Source: Squalus acanthias
Taxonomy: Eukaryota
Assembly: GCA_030390025.1 (NCBI GenBank)
Contig: CM059433.1
Span: forward strand, 23,438,001 to 23,502,000
Length of the DNA: 64,000 nt
Direction: 5' to 3'
Both the position numbers and the translations under genes were made by a program. This document shows, in pieces, positions 35,686 to 49,545 of the stretch (position 1 is the stretch's first letter; every line of letters starts with the position of its first letter). The notes under the pieces were generated by a model. That model was not told the DNA's origin. It did no database searches and saw only the letters and a program-made list of their open reading frames with translations.

Positions 35686-36344
35686 TTATTGCACCACCTG
35701 ATGCCTTTGCAATTCAACAAGGCTAAAACCATCCTCACAGTGTAAAACTGCAATGCACCAAGATCCTTATTGAATTTTTCTTCCCAATACTACAATAATA
35801 TTAGTTATGTAAGGTATGACACAAGTTTCTGCCTCACGTTAGTTACCATTGTAATCTGTGATCTTATTTTGTGCAATTAACTGCATAAGACAGAGAACAC
35901 CACTCTCCATCAACCATCCATAAAACTGCTGCTGAGGGCCTTTTAAAAAATTGTTGGTTGGCTTAACTGTACTCAAGAGCTAAATTGTTTTTAATCATGA
36001 CCTTCACAGCAACTTGCTATGTTATTGATATAATCAGAATAATAATTGTTGCATGGTATAGCTAACTCTTTAAAAATGTTATTAAATATTCCCTACAGTG
36101 AACTGGATAATACAAAAGTAGGTTTGCAGGTTCCGTAAAACCAATGCCTTACATCATATTCAGTCATCTCACCATTTCATAATGGCCTGGATTTTGCAGT
36201 GAAAATAACGGTGAAGCTATCAGCGCTCACCGTTATTATGGAGTAAATCGAACAGCAACTTCCCGGGTCCGCACATGTGCAGTTAATCACAGAAATCCAG
36301 AAGTTGCGGTCTGAATTATCTTGCTCTCCAAAGGCTGCGCGATA

Positions 36345-36640
36345 ACAGCACATCCCAAACCCGCAACCTCTTCCACCTAGAAGGACAAGGGCAGCAGGCG
36401 CATGGGAACACTACCACCTCCAAGTTCCCCTCCAAGTCACACACCATCCTGACTTGGAAGTATATCGCCATTCCTTCATCATCGCTGGGTCAAAATCCTG
36501 GAACTCCCTCCCTAACAGCACTGTGGGAGTACCTTCACCACACGGACTGCAGCGGTTCAAGAAGGCGGCTCACCCCCACCTTCTAAAGGGCAATTAGGGA
36601 TGGGCAATAAATTCTGGCCACGTACCATGTACAAATAATT
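36345..36640 (+). mobile_element. 3' fragment of the second LINE family
   Basis: Matches the reverse complement of 14364-14675. Confidence 0.9.
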
Positions 36641-37043
36641 TTTTTAAAACTCGCCAATAGACATGGAATTGAAATCAATGTAAGGGCGTGAAGTTGTGGT
36701 ACTTACCCACTAGTTACCTATTAAACATAGCAGAACAAGTTAGGGCTGGTGCATTCAGGAGTAGGTGAATTTTTTACGGCATTTTAAGTCATAATTACTG
36801 CCAAATAACCTTTCTGGCCCTGAAAATTTAATTTTACAAGTGTGGAGTTTCATTCTTTCAGAAGTTAATTAGTGTTGGAGATTTAAAAAAAAATTAAAAT
36901 AATTTTTTTTTAGTTTTTCTGTTTGTCTCTTTTATTGCTCTCTCTTAATTGCATCTTTCTTTCCCAATCTTTATTTTGCTTTCTGTACATGATTCCAATC
37001 TAATTTATACTTCCTGGTTTATACTTCCTGTTTTAGAATCTGC

Positions 37044-40000
37044 GGGTGCGAAATTGGGCTCTGTAGCGCCAGTTGTTTGGGTGCTACAGGTGCCCACTGG
37101 CGTCCACTGCATGTGCGCACATGTGGATCATGCCCGATGCCATATTGGTGAAGACGTTAGCACGCATGCAGCTAACGTCCACCCGAAGTATGCAGAGCAG
37201 GCAGATCATGATGTCAATCAGCGTGCAATGCTGAATTGACGCCAGCACTGCCATTTTGGAGCTCCACGTTCTAGCCGACGCCCTCTCTTAACCTCACACA
37301 GCTGAACATGTGTTAAGCAGCAGGAAGGAACCCCCATCAGCACTATTAAAGGGATCATCAACTGCTTGCAGGTTCGTTGCTACTTGATTTCTTCTAGTTG
37401 TTGCTGCAACTCTACAAGTGTTTGGTGCCTTCCATAGTTGCTTCAAGTTGCAAAAGTCCACAGGGAGTGGTGTGGCCGGTGCTAAAGGACTTTTTGTTGA
37501 CTTCAAGGGTTCTGCACAAACCAGTTGCTCCCAGACATGGGTGGCCTAGTAGGCATTCCTCTTGGCTTTCGACATGACTGGGAGAATGAGCACAGACCAC
37601 GCAGAGCAGGACAAGCTGCTAAAAGAGCGAGGAGGAAGAAGGGGAGAAGGGCTCTCAGCAGGAGACCATATTTGCAGAGGGTCTTTAGGGTGCAGATCTG
37701 GGAACATAGGACCTAGGAACATAGGAACAGAATAGGCCATTGAGCCGCTCGAGCCTGTTCCGGCACTCAATGAGATCATGGCTGATCTGCGACCTAACTC
37801 CATATACCTGCTTTGGCCCATATCCCTTAATACCTTTGGTTAACAAAAAGCTAGCAATCTCCGATTTAAAATTAACAATTGATCTAGCATCAATTGTCAT
37901 TTACGGAAGAGAGTTCCAAACTTCTACCACCCTTTGTGTGTAGAAGTGTTTCCTAATTTCACTCCTGAAAGGTCTGGCTATAATTTTTAGACTATGCTCC
38001 CTAGTCCTAGAAGCCCCAACCAGCGGAAATAGTTTCCCTCTATCTACCCTATCTGTTCCCCTTAATATCTAGAAAACTGCGATCAGGTCAATAATTTGCC
38101 CTTAGTTAGCAGTCTCTTATGAGGGACTTTATCAAATGCCTTCTTGAAGTCCATATAAATAACATCCATAGATATTCCCCTGTCCACTACTTTAGTCACC
38201 TCCTCAAAAAATTCAATCAGGTTTGTCAGGCATGACCTACCTTTCACCATGCTGGCTCTCTCTGATCAACTGAAAATTTTCGAGGTGTTCAGTCACCCTA
38301 TCCTTAATTATAGACTCTAGCAATTTCCCAACAACAGATGTTAGGCTAACTGATTTATAATTCCCTAGTTTCCCTCTCGCGCCATTCTTAAATAGCGGAG
38401 TGACATGTGCAATTTTCCAATCTAAAGGAACGGTTCCTGAATCGAGAGAACTTTGGAAGATTATAATGAGAAGTCGCACAACACCAGGTTATAGTCCAAC
38501 AGATTTATAGTTTTATAGTTAGGGCCTCTGCAATGTGCTCACCTACTTCCTTTAAAACCCTGGGATGGAAACCATCTGGTCCTGGGTCACTCTTTAGTGC
38601 CATTATTTTCATAATTTCTGTTATTTTACTAACATTAATTTTATTGAGTCCCTGTCCCTGATTCAATATTAATTTCCTTGGGATCCCTCTACTGTAAATA
38701 CTGACGCAAAGTAATTATTCAACATGTCCGCCATTTTCTTATTATCATTGACAATATTGCCACTTTTAGGTTTTAAGTGGCCAACATTGCTCCTGACTAC
38801 CTTCTTTTTCCTAATATAATTGTAAAAAGTCTTTGTGTTGATTTTGATATCCCTTGCAAGTTTCTTTTCATACTCCCTTTTTGTAGCTCTTATTATCTGT
38901 TTTGTGACCCTTTGCTGTTCTTTGTATCTTTCCCATTCACCAGAAACTGTGGTATTTTTTGCATTTTTGTCTACTTTTTCTTTTAGTTTTAGCTGTCCCT
39001 TACCTCTTTAGTCATCCATGGCTGTTTTTTTTGGCAAGTAGAGCTCTTGCTCCTAAGGGGTATAAAATGGTTCTGTATCACCTTAAACAATTTTTTGAAA
39101 ATCTGTTGGAGAACAGATTGCAGGAGTGCTGTGATGCCCTGGGAGCCCCTTTGCACACTGGTATCCAGAGTCATGATGGCAGCAGTCTGAGCTTCCACTG
39201 CAGTACTGCTGCTTGTGCTGCAATGGAAGCTGAAACATCAGACGTTGCATCATGGTTGGGTCCACAAGTGTGTTCATGGAGTTGGCCACCACTTTTTATT
39301 GGAACGACTGGGCTCCAAGCTCTGCGCAAAACCCTGTGCCAAGATGGTGCCGGACTCCTCCATGCTCCTTGACATTGCATGCAGGCTTTCTGGCAGGCTT
39401 CCTAATGCACCAAGCATTCCATTGTGCATACCGATCAGCCTTCTTCTGCAGGCCGTCCCATCGAAGTCCTCATCTGAGTCCTGTGCAGCAGAACTCGTGT
39501 GTGACCTCGCCCTCTGGCAACTGGCACCTGCGCTATACTTGCCCCAGCCCTGGTTACAGTGCACGCGTGCCCGGTGTACCACGTGCAGATCCCGCCTATG
39601 CTATCCTCTAAGACACACGCAGTGTCTGGTATCTTAGCTGGTGGCTGCGAGTGTGAAATCAAGTGACGGTGTGTCTTCATCATCCCTGTCTTCTTGCTAT
39701 CCCTCCACTGCCTGACCAGGTTGTAGTTCTTGGGTAGCTGAAAGGTAAAAGGCAAAAGGGTATGGGTGTGGTGAAGGGAGGGGGGAAAGTAAGAGATGCG
39801 GGGTTACAGCACCTGCAACTTGTAAATCAGAAGAGATTGTGGCATGATAAGGAAATGGGATGTGAGAAGGAGGATTAGGTATGAGGATACCGTAATCTTC
39901 GATGGTTTCAGCCCCGCCGCTGGCCAGCACTGTCACCTCTATGGGGGTTAGGATATGCAGGCACGCCTGTCCCCCTCCAGTTAGTTCCTGCTGCCTCCGG

Positions 40001-40826
40001 ATGTGTGCCACCTTGTCCTGCAACAGAGAGGGAAGTGTGTCAGTGAGTGACGTGGAATCTGTTTAGGTGATGTGGCTGTCATATTTCAATAGCCGGCAGT
40101 GTGTGCAAGCTGTGAGATGTGGGTGTGAGGCTTGCAGCAGTGCTAAGTGTGTGAGGGTGCAGTGGAGCACATGAATGTTAGGTATGAGTCCTGATTGATA
40201 GAGATTGTTGGTAGGTGAGTGATGGGGGTGTGGTGAATTAAGGAGTGTGTGAGGCTAGTGGTGCAGTTGGTAGAATGTGGCATTTGACGATGCATTCACT
40301 GACCTTGACCACTTATGTGAGTTCATTGAATTTCTTGCGCCACTCTTGGTCCTTGGGGCTAGACTCCTGGCATTGACCTCCGCGGTTATCTGCTCCCACC
40401 ACCTCTTGACCGTGTGTCTGGAGGGCCTCCTGGCCCCCTGCGGATACAGGACATCTCTCCTCCTTTCCATCTCTTGCACCAAGACCTCCAGTGCAGCATC
40501 GTAAAATCTTGGAGCCTGCTCTCTCCCATGTTGTGCCATTCTTCACTGTTTCCCAGGTCAGATTCATTTCCTGCACGACTCCCAGCAGATGCTCCAGGCA
40601 CAATGCACCTCCCCTTTAAGAGGTGCAGGCTAGCTAGGAAGTTCCGATTTTGGGTCCCCTGCTGACGTGTGCCGCCAAAGAACAATGCGGATAGCGCTGG
40701 CAGTACACAGAAATCATACTAATGAGCAGGCAGCATGAAGATGGCATGCTGTCTGCATTTCAAACAACGGGCACAGGTTAATCATGCATCGCAATCGCAT
40801 TTTTGATGGTTATCCAATTTAGCCCC
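37044..40826. mobile_element. PIF/Harbinger copy C (transposase truncated by CR1; Myb gene on minus)
   Basis: Termini GGGTGCGAAATTGG / CCAATTTAGCCCC. Transposase N-terminus RRALSRRPYLQRVFR at 37538-37690. Myb exons 40539-40304, about 40018-39892 and about 39737-39100. Confidence 0.85.
37699..39100 (-). mobile_element. CR1 LINE fragments (internally deleted)
   Basis: IIFQSSLDSGTVPLDWKIAHVTPLFK, KKQPWMTKEVRDS, TTCCTATG-type tail. Confidence 0.9.
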
Positions 40827-43139
40827 CTCCTTTTCTCAGTGAGGATTCTTCAATCTGATTGGTTGAAGAGTCACGCGGTTGCTTGACCTGCTCACACACG
40901 CCACAGACCCCCTGTAGAGGGCACCGCACTGGATCAGACATCCGATGACAGCAAGTCTACGCTTAAAAGCCCGCAATAGCTTTGTGGGCAGCTGTCAGCG
41001 TAGTGAACGGCAACTGCCATTCCTTCGCCGCTGACCACAAAATCCGGGATATTATGAATGAGTTAGCGAGGCATATCTGAAACACTTTCCTTCATACCCA
41101 CCTGCAATAAGCCATCTCTAACTAAGCTACATTTGGGGGATTATCATCCAGGCTCTAGGCAAAAGAACATTTCTGGTAGTTTCAAGAAAAAAAAGCCCTA
41201 ACATTCTTTGGTAATTCATTCACCATGTCAAAATAAAAAGAAAAATTTCTGCCATTCAAAAAGTTTTCCGTCAACTAGGAACTAATATATCCAATCAAAT
41301 AACATAACCAACAACTATACTTGAGTTTTATCATAACAAGCTAGAACTGAGAAACTTACACTCGCAAAGACAGATGCAGAGAATCTCCATCAATAATCTG
41401 GTCAAGAAAGGGTGCAGAGAATGTTTCAAATGTTGTGGACACCTAAGTTTTTTGGCAGGCATCTAGATATGCTTGCAGAGGGCGTGATAAATTATTTTGC
41501 TTTCGGTACTTACCTGTGTTATTGATACGTATTAAAAGTAGCAATCGTCTCAGGACCAATCCTAGGACTAGTCCTGTCATAACTTCTTTTCACCCTGAAA
41601 AGCTTCCTATTGACGTTTTCAATTTGAAACCATTTTTTTATGCAGTATAATATCTATGCAACTTCAAACTCACCTTTACACATTTGGAAGGTCCCTGTGG
41701 CATAAAACCTGAGGGCAATGGTGACCTTCAATGCCACAGGTAGTATAATCCAGATGGTTGACTGTCCATGCTGGCATTCTTGGGCCAGGTAGCACGCCAT
41801 AGTCACAGCCACCTTGCTGAGCTTGAGTTTCAAGATGTATCGCTCCTCTAGCTGGCTTTGTTATAACACACTCATTCCTGGGGTAGTATCTGGTGCAAGT
41901 CATGACCCTTTTATGCCCTCTCTACTCCCAGATCACATTGTCCTTTTTCTCTTCAGGCACCACTGCAATATATGTTCCGATAGTTGCTACCTCATGCTTT
42001 TGAACAGATAATCCGTCTGTACTTTTCGCCTCTCTATGTTGATTCTTCAGAACCTTTTATCCCTTTGTTAAGCTCTTTAGCTCCAGTTATGACCTGGAGT
42101 AAAATGCTAGGTGCTTTTATAGTGTAAAACTGTAGCCAATGATACATGCCATTCTGGTGCCATTGGGTGCATCTGGAAATATAAAAGGGCTGAGTGCCAA
42201 CAGAGACCCATCTTGTGAACTAGCCCCAAATCAATTTCTGCACGGCATCTGATCAAGAATGGCATCAAATGGGAATGTAAATGGAGGGAGCAGTGCCTGA
42301 CAGCCAGTATACTGCTACTCTCCCCAAATCTAACTTTATGTTTAGCTACCCTGCTGCTTCCATAATTTTTAATTTACTGCAATCTGTCTGATGTGGATGA
42401 GGGGGCAGAATGAGCCCAGTAATTCCTGACGACACATATAGCTATTGCTGCCTGGCTGATCCCCATTTCAATCATTGATGCAAAAGCAATGCCTGTAAGA
42501 TATTTAAATTACAACAGAAATATTCAGCTGCTGCCAGTAAACTCCACATTTTTAGCCCTGTGAGATATCAACATTTGCAACAATATCAAAAGTGTTGATA
42601 ATAAAATTCTGTGCTATGTTTAAGAAGCAAATAGAATGCTGAATATAATGCTAAATTGGAAGAGTACAAATCGAAGATATTCTGCTAAAACTGTACAAAG
42701 CTCCTGTCAGACCACACCTTGAGGTACTGGTGAAGATTTCCTGGTCCGTGCTCAGACTGGGCACTACTCGGCTATGGTTGGTTTCATGGGTGCTGGAGTG
42801 GCAATGACCATTGTTATTGTGATAGACACTTGACAGATCCCATCATCTTTAGGTATTTTGTTCAACAGGACCCTTGGAAATAGTTTCTGTACATTCAGCT
42901 AGCTTATCAGTGACATTGGTAACATTCTCCCATTCCATGAACATTCCCAGCATAGTGTGATTTGAAAAAGCACAGGAAACATACATGAAACATTAGCAGC
43001 AAAAACAATAATAAATTAATACGCTTTGGAATCTGCCTTCAATTACAAATTATAAATGAATTCAGAGCTTTGGATGAGCTGATAGTTACAGAGGGTGGAG
43101 GATGGGAGGTCACCCAGGGGAGCACTGGAATATTGGTGA

Positions 43140-43432
43140 CAAAGACATGAATAAGGGTTTCAGTAACAGCTGAGCTAAGGTAGGGGCCGAGATGGGCAAT
43201 GTTGCAGAGGTGGAATTAAGCGGTCCTTTTGATGGGGAGGATATAGGGTTGGAAGTTCAGCTCAGGGTCAAATACGATGCCTGAGGCAGTGGCGAGGAAG
43301 AGTATTGAGGACACAGAGTTTGTGGGAGGGTGGGGCGGGGTGGGGGGGGGTGGGGTCAGGGGAAAATACTATGGCTTTGGTCTTCCTAAAGTTTAACTGG
43401 AGGAAATTGTAGCTCATCCAAGGCTGGAGTTA
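43140..43432 (-). mobile_element. L2 LINE fragment
   Basis: Similar to 13095-13332 (AGGGTTTCAG.A.CAG.TG.G.T.AGG). Confidence 0.55.
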
Positions 43433-44014
43433 AATAACTGTTGCAGCTTCTGTGGGGGTAGTGGGAAGGCAACGGGGTAGGAAAGTGACAGGAGTGGGGA
43501 ATGCACAAAAGTTGGTGAGGGGATGGGAAGGGAGTCACTAAGGGCAGCTCCTTTTCCCGCCACAACATGCCACATCACCCACCACCTTTCACCCAAAAGA
43601 AAGGAAGAAAAAACAGAGAAAGAAGCAGAAGAGGAGAGAGAAATGATCAAAATTAAGATTGAGGGAGAGAGAAGCAGAAGAGAAAAGAGACAGAAACAGA
43701 AGAGGAGCGACAGTAAGAGAAACAGCAACACAGAGACAACAGAGACAGGTTAGAGAAAGATATGCTCTGACTTACTGTCTACAATGCCCCATGAGATGCA
43801 CTAGTAAGATAATAAATCTTATCGACAAATTAAATCAGGAACACAACTTTTAAATTAAGCTGTGACAGTAAGAGAAGGGAGCAGGGGTTTAAAGCAGTAA
43901 GAGGCAAATTAGACTAATGTCAGGATTTTCTTGATGGAAACAGTGGCCAACATTTGAAAAGTTGTTTTAACGAGAGTCATTGAAACAAAATGGACTAAAT
44001 GGTCTTCTTCACCT

Positions 44015-44310
44015 TTTTTTACATTTATACTCGGGATGTGGGCGTCGCTGGCAAGGCCAGCGTTTATTGCCCATCTCTAGTTGCCCTGAGAAGGGTGTGA
44101 TACAACCGAGTGGCTTGCTAGGCAACTTCAGAGGGCAGTTAAGAGTCACCCACCTTGGTATGGGACTGGAGTCACACATAGACTGGGAAAGGACGACATT
44201 AGTGAACCGGTTGGGTTTTTACAACAATCTGTCAGCTTCATGGTCACTTTTCCTGATACCAGCTTTTTATTTCCAGATTCTTTAAACTGAATGCAAATTC
44301 TCTAACTGAT
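44015..44310 (-). mobile_element. tRNA-derived SINE carrying the second LINE family's 3' tail
   Basis: Tail as at 14364-14440. Body matches 61383-61685. Confidence 0.7.
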
Positions 44311-44321
44311 TTGTATGCAAT

Positions 44322-44750
44322 AGAAAAAAGAAAAAAGAAAGACTTGCATTTCTATAGCGCCTTACACGACCTCAGAACATCCCAAAGCTTCACAGACAAT
44401 GAGGTATTTTTTTTAAGTGCAGTCACTGTTGTAATGTAGGAAATGCAGCAGCCAAGTTGCGCACAGCAAGCTCCCACAGACAGCAATGTGATAATGGTCA
44501 GATAATTTGTTCAAGTGATGTTGGTTGAGGGATAAATATTGGCCAGGACACCTGGTAAAACTCCCCTGCTCTTATTCGAATAGTGTCATGGGATCTTTTA
44601 CGTCTACCTTAGAGGCAGACGGGGCCTCAGTTTAACATCTCATGCAAAAGACGGCACCTCCAACAATATGGCACTCCCTCAGTACTGAAGTGTCAACCGA
44701 GATTTTCTGTTCAAAGTCTCTGGAGTGGGGCATGAATCCACAACCTCCTG
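44322..44750 (-). mobile_element. Near-complete Deu-domain SINE
   Basis: Minus strand has a B-box-like GGATTCATGCCC head, a Deu core and a TGCAAGTCTTTCTTT tail. Confidence 0.8.
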
Positions 44751-44835
44751 TATCCTGTAATTGCAATAAAAAAACTTATGTGAGGAGTGAAACTGGAACT
44801 TGGCAATACGTTTCATATTAGAGTACCATTGGAAT

Positions 44836-45150
44836 TTTTTTTACTCATTCATGGGATGTGGGTGTCACTGGCAAGGCCACCATTTATTGCCCATCCCTAA
44901 TTAGCCTTGAGGAGGTGGTAGTGAGCCGCTGTCTTGAACCGCTGCAGTCCGTGTGGTGAAGGCACTCCCACAGTGCTGTTAGGGAGGGAGTTCCAGGATT
45001 TTGACCCAGCGACGATGAAGAAACGGTGATATATTTCCAAGTCAGGATGGTGTGTGATTTGGAGAGGAACTTGCAGGTGGTGGTGTTCCCATGCATCTGC
45101 TGCCCTTGTCCTTCTAGGTGGTAGAGGTCGCGGGTTTGGGAGATGCTGTC
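44836..45150 (-). mobile_element. 3' fragment of the second LINE family
   Basis: Matches 14364-14675. Confidence 0.9.
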
Positions 45151-45578
45151 ACGTACTGGGCTCCGCTATTGTTGAGGATGGGATGTTCATGGATCTTCCT
45201 CTTCCCGTTAGTTGTTTAATTAATAATTGTATCAGGGAAATAATATATAAACACATGCGGAGGCAGCGGACCTGAGAGGGAGCGAGAGCGGAGCCTGAGG
45301 ATATAAAGAGCGCGGCAGAGCGAGGCCCGAGAGCGGAGGCAGCGGACCTGACAACAAAAACAAGGAGTGATGTCACAGGAAAGCAGGGAAGTGATTGGTT
45401 GGTCAGTATTTCTCTCTTTATCTTGGGCATTGGTTTAAAGTAAGAGCTGGGATTAAAAACTAAACGTTCAAAAAGAGGGAGCTGATTGGTGAGTATCTGG
45501 TAAGTGTTTTTATTTGGCTTTCTTAAAGCTTTTAAGTTTATTCCAGCTAGGTTAGTAAATAATCTGTTAATTAGAGGT

Positions 45579-46523
45579 ATGGCAGGGCAGCTCACACTGA
45601 TGGAATGCACATCCTGTGCCATGTGGGAAGTCCTGGACGCCTCCCGTGGTCTGGATGACCACATGTGTGGGAAGTGTCGCCAGCTACATCAGCTCGAGCA
45701 CCGGGTTACGGAGCTTGAGCAGCGGCTGCAGTCACTGCTGTGCATCTGCGAGACTGAGAGCTACGTGGATAGCACGTTTCGGGAGGTGGTCACCCCGCAG
45801 CTTAAGAGTGTGCAGGCAGAGAGGGAATGGGTGACCGTCAGACAGAAGAGGAGGACCAGGCAGGTAGTGCAGGAGTCCCCTGAGCCCATCTTGCTCACCA
45901 ACCAGTATTCGGTGCTGAGTACTGGTGAGGGCGATGGTTCCTCTGGGGAGTGCAGCCAGAGCCAAGTCCACAGCACCATGGAAGGCTCAGCTGCACAGGC
46001 GGGGGGGAAGAGGAGAGGGAGAGCAATAGTGATAGGGAATTCAATAGTTAGGGGGGCAGACAGACGTTTCTGTGGCTGCAGACGTGACTCCAGGATGGTA
46101 TGTTGCCTCCCTGGTTCCAAGGTCAAGGATGTCACTGAACGGCTGCAGGGCATTCTGAGGGGGGAGGGTGAACAGCCAGAGGTCGTGGTCCATATCGGTA
46201 CCAACGACATAGGTAGGAAGAGGGATGAGGTCCTGCAGGCAGAGTTTAGGGAGCTAGGAAAGAGGTTAAAAAGCAGGACCTCAAAGGTAGTAATCTCCGG
46301 ATTACTCCCGGTGCCACGTGCTAGTGAGTTCAGAAAAAGGAAGATAGAGCAGATGAATGCGTGGCTGGAGAGATGGTGTAGGAGAGAGGGCTTTAGATTC
46401 CTGAGGAATTGGAACCATTTCTGGGGGTGTGGGACCTCTACAAGCCAGACGGGTTACACCTCAACGAGAATGGGACCAATATCCTCGCGGGAGGGTTTGC
46501 TAGTGCTGTTGGGGAGGGTTTAA
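45579..46523 (+). pseudogene. CR1 ORF1 (zinc finger/coiled coil plus SGNH esterase), late frameshift
   Basis: CTSCAMW...CGKC, heptad leucines, IVIGNSIVRG, VVVHIGTNDIG, VVISGLLP. Confidence 0.92.
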
Positions 46524-46566
46524 ACTAGCTTGGCAGGGGGATGGGAACCTAAGTATAGAGTCAATA

Positions 46567-49400
46567 GTGAGGGAAGAAAAACTGGAATTGGAAAACAACA
46601 ACGTAGAAAGTAAATTGGAAGGACAGAGGAATCAAGGGCTTGATAGTAGTCAACAAGGAGGTTTGCCTGTACTAAATGGTATATACTTCAATGCAAGGAG
46701 TATAGCGAACAAGGCAGATGAGCTGAGGGCACAGGTAGATACTTGGAACTATGATATTATAGCTATTACAGAGACATGGCTGAAAGAGGGGAAGGTATGG
46801 CAGCTCAACATTCCTGGTTACAGGATTTTCAGACGGGATAGAGAGGGAGGTAAAAAGGGAGGGGGGGGTCGCGGTATTGATTAAAGAAACTATTACAGCT
46901 GTGAGGAGGGATGATATGTTGGAGGGATCATCAAACGAGGCCATATGGGTCAAATTGAAAAACAAAAAAGGGGCGATCACACTGCTGGGAGTGTACTACA
47001 GACACCCAAACAGTGAGAGGGAGATAGAAGAACAAATATGTAGACAAATTTCTGAGAAGTGCAAAAACTATAGGGCAGTAACAGTAGAGGATTTCAACTA
47101 CCCCAATATTAACTGGGATAAAATTAGTGTGAAGGGTATAGAGGGTGCGGAATTCCTAAAATGCATCCAGGAGAACTTTTTTAGCCAGTATGTAGCAAGC
47201 CCAATAAGGGAGGGGGCGGTTCTGGACTTAGTTTTAGGGAATGAAGCTGGGCAGGTAGAAGGCGTATCAGTGGGGGAGCATTTTGGTGCTAGTGACCATA
47301 ATTCTGTTAGATTTAAGGTAGTTATGGAAAAGGACAAGGATAGACCAGGAATAAAAATTCTAAATTGGGGAAAAGCAAATTTTGCTAAGCTCAGAGGGGA
47401 TTTAGCCATAGTGGACTGGAAACAGCTACTTGAAGGTAAATCAGTGTCAGAGCAGTGGGAGGCATTCAAGGAGGAGACCCAGAGGATTCAGACCAAATAT
47501 GTGCCCTTAAAGAAAAAAGGTGGGACTAACAAATCTAGAGCCCCCTGGATGTCTAGGGACATACAGGGTAGGATGAAGAGAAAAAGGGAGGCGTATGACA
47601 GATACCGAGGGCTAAATACTGCAGAATATTTAGAGGAGTACAGAAAGTGCAGGGGTGCAATTGAAAAGGATATTAGGAAAGCAAAGAGAGAGCATGAAAA
47701 ACTCTTGGCAAGTAAAATCAAGGAAAATCCAAAGATGTTTTATAAATATATTAAGAGTAAGAGGATAACTAAAGAAAGGGTAGGGCCTATTAGAGATCAT
47801 GAGGGTAATCTGTGTATGGAGGCGGGAGACGTCAGTAGGGTTATTAATGAATACTTTGTGTCTGTTTTCACAAAGAAGAGGGGCGAAGCAGATATTGCTA
47901 TCAGGGGGGAGGAGTGTGAAATATTACATGAAATAAACATAGTGAGAGAGGAAGTATTAACGGGTTTAGCAGCTTTAAAAGTGGATAAATCCCCAGGCCC
48001 GGATGAAATGTATCCCAGGCTGTTAAGCAAAGCAAAAGAGGAAATAGCAGAGGCCCTGACCATCATTTTTCAATCCTCTCTGGCTTCAGGTGTGGTGCCA
48101 GAGGACTGGAGGACTGCTAATGTGGTACCCTTGTTTAAAAAGGGAGAAAAGGATAGACCGAGTAATTACAGGCCAGTCAGCCTAACCTCGGTGGTGGGAA
48201 AATTATTGGAAAGAATTCTGAAGGACAGGATAAATCTTCATTTAGAAAGATACGGATTGATCAAGGATAGTCAGCACGGATTTGTTAAAGGAAGGTCGTG
48301 TCTGACAAACTTGATTGAATTTTTTGAGGAGGTAACAAGGAGGGTAGATGAGGGTAGTGCGTTTGATGTAGTGTATATGGACTTTAGCAAGGCTTTTGAT
48401 AAGGTTCCACAAGGCAGACTGGTCACGAAGTTAAAAGCTCATGGGATCCAGGGCAAAGTGTCAAGACAGGAAGCAGAGGCTAATGGATTATGGGTGTTTT
48501 TGTGACTGGAAGGCTGTTTCCAGTGGGGTTCCGCAGGGCTCAGTATTAGGTCCCTTGTTTTTTGTGGTATATATCAATGATCTAGACTTGAATATAGGGG
48601 GTATGATTAAGAAGTTTGCAGATGATACTAAAATCGACTGTGTGGTTGATACTGAAGAAGGAAGCTGTAGACTGCAGGGAGATATCAATAAATTGGTCAG
48701 GTGGGCAGAACAGTGGCAAATGGAATTAAATCCAGAGAAGTATGAGGTAATGCATTTGGGGAGGGCTAACAAGGAAAGGGAATACACATTAAATGGTAGG
48801 ACACTGAGTAGTGTAGAGGAACAAAGGGACCTTGGAGTGCAGGTCCACAGATTCCTGAAGGCAGCAGGCCAGGTAGATAAGGTGGTTAAGAAGGCATACG
48901 GAATGATTGCCTTTATTAGCCGTGGCATAGAATACAAGAGCAGGGGGGTTATGCTTCAACTGTATAAAACACTAGTTAGGCCTCAGCTAGAGTACTGCGT
49001 GCAGTTCTGGCCACCACATTACAGGAAAGATGTGATTGCACTAGAAAGGGTACAGAGGAGATTTACAAAGATGTTGCCGGGAGTAGAGAATCTTAGCTAT
49101 GAGGAAATACTGGATAGGTTGGGTCTGTTTTCCTTGGAACAGAGGAGGCTGAGGGGAGACCTTATTGATGTGTATGAAATTATGTGGGGCATAGGTAAAG
49201 TGGATAGAAAGGATCTATTTCCCTCAGCAGAGGGGTCAAAAAACCAGGGGGCACAGATTCAAAGTAACTGGTGGAAGGTTTAGAGGGGATTTGAGGGGAA
49301 ATTTCTTCACCCAGAGGGTTGTGGGGGTCTGGAACTCACTGCCTGAAAGGGTGGTAGAGGCAGGAACCCTAACCACATTTAAAAAGTACTTGGATGTGCA
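46567..49400 (+). pseudogene. CR1 ORF2 (APE endonuclease plus RT) with three frameshifts
   Basis: YFNARSI, AITETWL, DFNYP, SDHN, YRPVSLTS, SQHGF, DFSKAFDKV, GVPQGSVLGP, FADD. Breaks near 46865, 48460 and 49240. Confidence 0.95.
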
Positions 49401-49545
49401 CTTGGGATGCTCTAACCTGCAGGGCTACAGACCAAGAGCTGAGAAGTGGGATTAGGCTGGATAGCTCTTTGTTGGCCAGTGCGGACACGATGGGCCGAAA
49501 TGGCCTCCTTCCGTGCTGTAACTTTCTATGATTCTATGATTCTAA

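Larger units (their letters stand above)
36184..41050. mobile_element. Non-autonomous DNA transposon (family 3) hosting nested insertions
   Basis: Termini GGCCTGGATTTTG / CAAAATCCGGGA. Interior pieces resemble the reverse complement of 51472-54789. Confidence 0.55.
45225..49544 (+). mobile_element. Near full-length CR1 LINE
   Basis: 5' UTR, ORF1, ORF2 (APE plus RT) and a (TTCTATGA)n tail at 49524-49544. Confidence 0.97.

Noticed and set aside
45761..48937. Several minus-strand ORFs of 80-150 aa
   Set aside because: Antisense shadows of CR1 ORF1/ORF2.
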